Shown one piece after another: positions 63,133 through 64,000 of a DNA stretch of 64,000 nt (its first letter is position 1; each line of letters opens with the position of its first letter). Where the stretch lies: assembly GCA_947491545.1 (NCBI GenBank), contig CANLJX010000002.1:9147-73146 (forward strand), given 5' to 3'. Position numbers and translations under genes: made by a program. The stretch is from Deltaproteobacteria bacterium. GTDB lineage: Bacteria; Bdellovibrionota_C; UBA2361; OMII01. The notes under the pieces are model-generated. The model did not search any database, was not told the DNA's origin, and was given only the letters and a program-made list of their open reading frames with translations.

Positions 63133-64000
63133 ATGGTTCCCAGATCAGTTCCACGTATCTTGATTGGTGGTGTGTCCGCAGGAACGGGCAAATCGCTCGT
63201 CTTCTTGGCGATTGTCGTTGCGTTACAGAAGAAGGGATTGAGTGTCTCCTGCTGTGTGACTGGCGAAGCGCTGCACCTGGCTCTCCTCTACAGCCACATT
63301 ACGCGACGCTACGCGCGGGTGCTCGACACGAGGTTGCTCGACTTTGACCAGATCCGCGCCGCGCTGTTTCAAGCTTCGCTGGGCGCAGATGTTGTATTGA
63401 TCGATGGGCATGGCGGGTGGCTCGAAGGGGTCGAGCCGGGCGAGCTGCTTGGAAGTGATGCTGAGCTTGCTGAGATAACGGGCACGCCAGTAGTGCTGGT
63501 TCAGGACGGTCGTGGTTCGTCACAGAGCGTGGTGGACTCAGTTCGCAGTGTGCTCGTCAGAGCTGATGCTCCGGTCGTGGCCGGCATTGTTGCCAATCGG
63601 CTTGCCCCCGGGTTGAGCGGGGGAGGCGTGCCGTCACATCCGACGGTGGTCGAACTTAATCGTGCCGCCGCGTCAGCGGGACTTCCACCATGTCTCGGGG
63701 GGCTTCCGGAGATTCCCCTAGCGGCTTCTTTACCTTCGGGTGCCGCAACTCAAGAAGTGAACCCAGTCACTCTTCCTCGGCAGCTCTTCATCGATGCTGC
63801 GAACGCGGCAAGTGGTGGTGTTGATCTCGACTTTTTACTTAACATCGCTGCAAGTGCTCGTGCACCCCGAGCTGAGGAGGTAACGCCACAGCTTGGAGGC
63901 CGTTTGTGTCGCTTCGCTGTCACGGACGACACCTGCTTCAGCCTTACGTATCCAGACAACCTCGATATCTTGCGGCACGCTGGGGCTGAGCTTGTGACGT
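63133..64000 (+). CDS. CbiA/CobB-family (cobyrinic acid a,c-diamide synthase-like) protein, 3' end beyond right edge
   Basis: Absent from ORF track (open to the edge). Manual translation: MVPRSVPRILIGGVSAGTGKSLVFLAIVVALQKKGL...PVVLVQDG...VAGIVANR...RFAVTDDTCFSLTYPDNLDILRHAGAELVT. It has the P-loop and the AxDxAFxFxYxDNLxxLxxxGAELV block, but the usual GPDYID motif is not evident. Confidence 0.6.
   Translation, partial: MVPRSVPRILIGGVSAGTGKSLVFLAIVVALQKKGLSVSCCVTGEALHLALLYSHITRRYARVLDTRLLDFDQIRAALFQASLGADVVLIDGHGGWLEGVEPGELLGSDAELAEITGTPVVLVQDGRGSSQSVVDSVRSVLVRADAPVVAGIVANRLAPGLSGGGVPSHPTVVELNRAAASAGLPPCLGGLPEIPLAASLPSGAATQEVNPVTLPRQLFIDAANAASGGVDLDFLLNIAASARAPRAEEVTPQLGGRLCRFAVTDDTCFSLTYPDNLDILRHAGAELVT

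Overview
This is a GC-rich bacterial chromosomal segment with Gram-negative hallmarks: outer-membrane beta-barrels, lipoproteins and a T2SS GspK. I call about 62 protein-coding genes, tRNA-Lys(UUU), a tRNA with anticodon CAT, and type-A RNase P RNA. Two genes run off the window edges and are missing from the ORF track: a tyrosine recombinase at 1-690 and a CbiA-like protein at 63133-64000.

Core gene content:
- Two tightly coupled minus-strand operons together encode all seven shikimate steps plus the Phe branch. The first is ilvE / CM-PDT-ACT-DAHPS fusion / aroB / aroA / thpR at 43.9-49.9 kb. It is preceded by a Phe/Tyr-rich leader peptide and an intrinsic terminator, i.e. a candidate attenuator. 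The second is hyp / aroK-aroE fusion / aroD / aroC / hyp at 33.3-38.3 kb.
- A polysaccharide-modification block: MBOAT AlgI plus an AlgJ/X-like partner, and methyltransferase / FrhB-like Fe-S protein / GT4 / SGNH / agmatine deiminase.
- A partner-switching module: STAS / REC-RsbW-kinase / Zn-ribbon.
- Housekeeping genes: rpmB, ychF, coaE, hbd.

The most unusual aspect is non-genic. Nearly every long intergenic region holds hairpin-forming repeats from at least five families:
- A: ~320-bp nested palindrome, 9 copies.
- B: ~120-bp palindrome, 3 copies.
- C: short CCGG-rich GC palindromes, at least 10 sites.
- D: ~260 bp, 2 copies.
- E: ~200-bp MITE-like element with ~24-bp terminal inverted repeats, 2 direct copies bracketing the algI-algJ cassette.

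There is also a 164-bp tandem duplication of a promoter/RBS/start region, and a tRNA locus with reiterated 5' and 3' tRNA fragments. I saw no CRISPR array, rRNA, transposase or recognisable known defence system. All functional calls come from motif recognition by eye; no database search or folding program was available.
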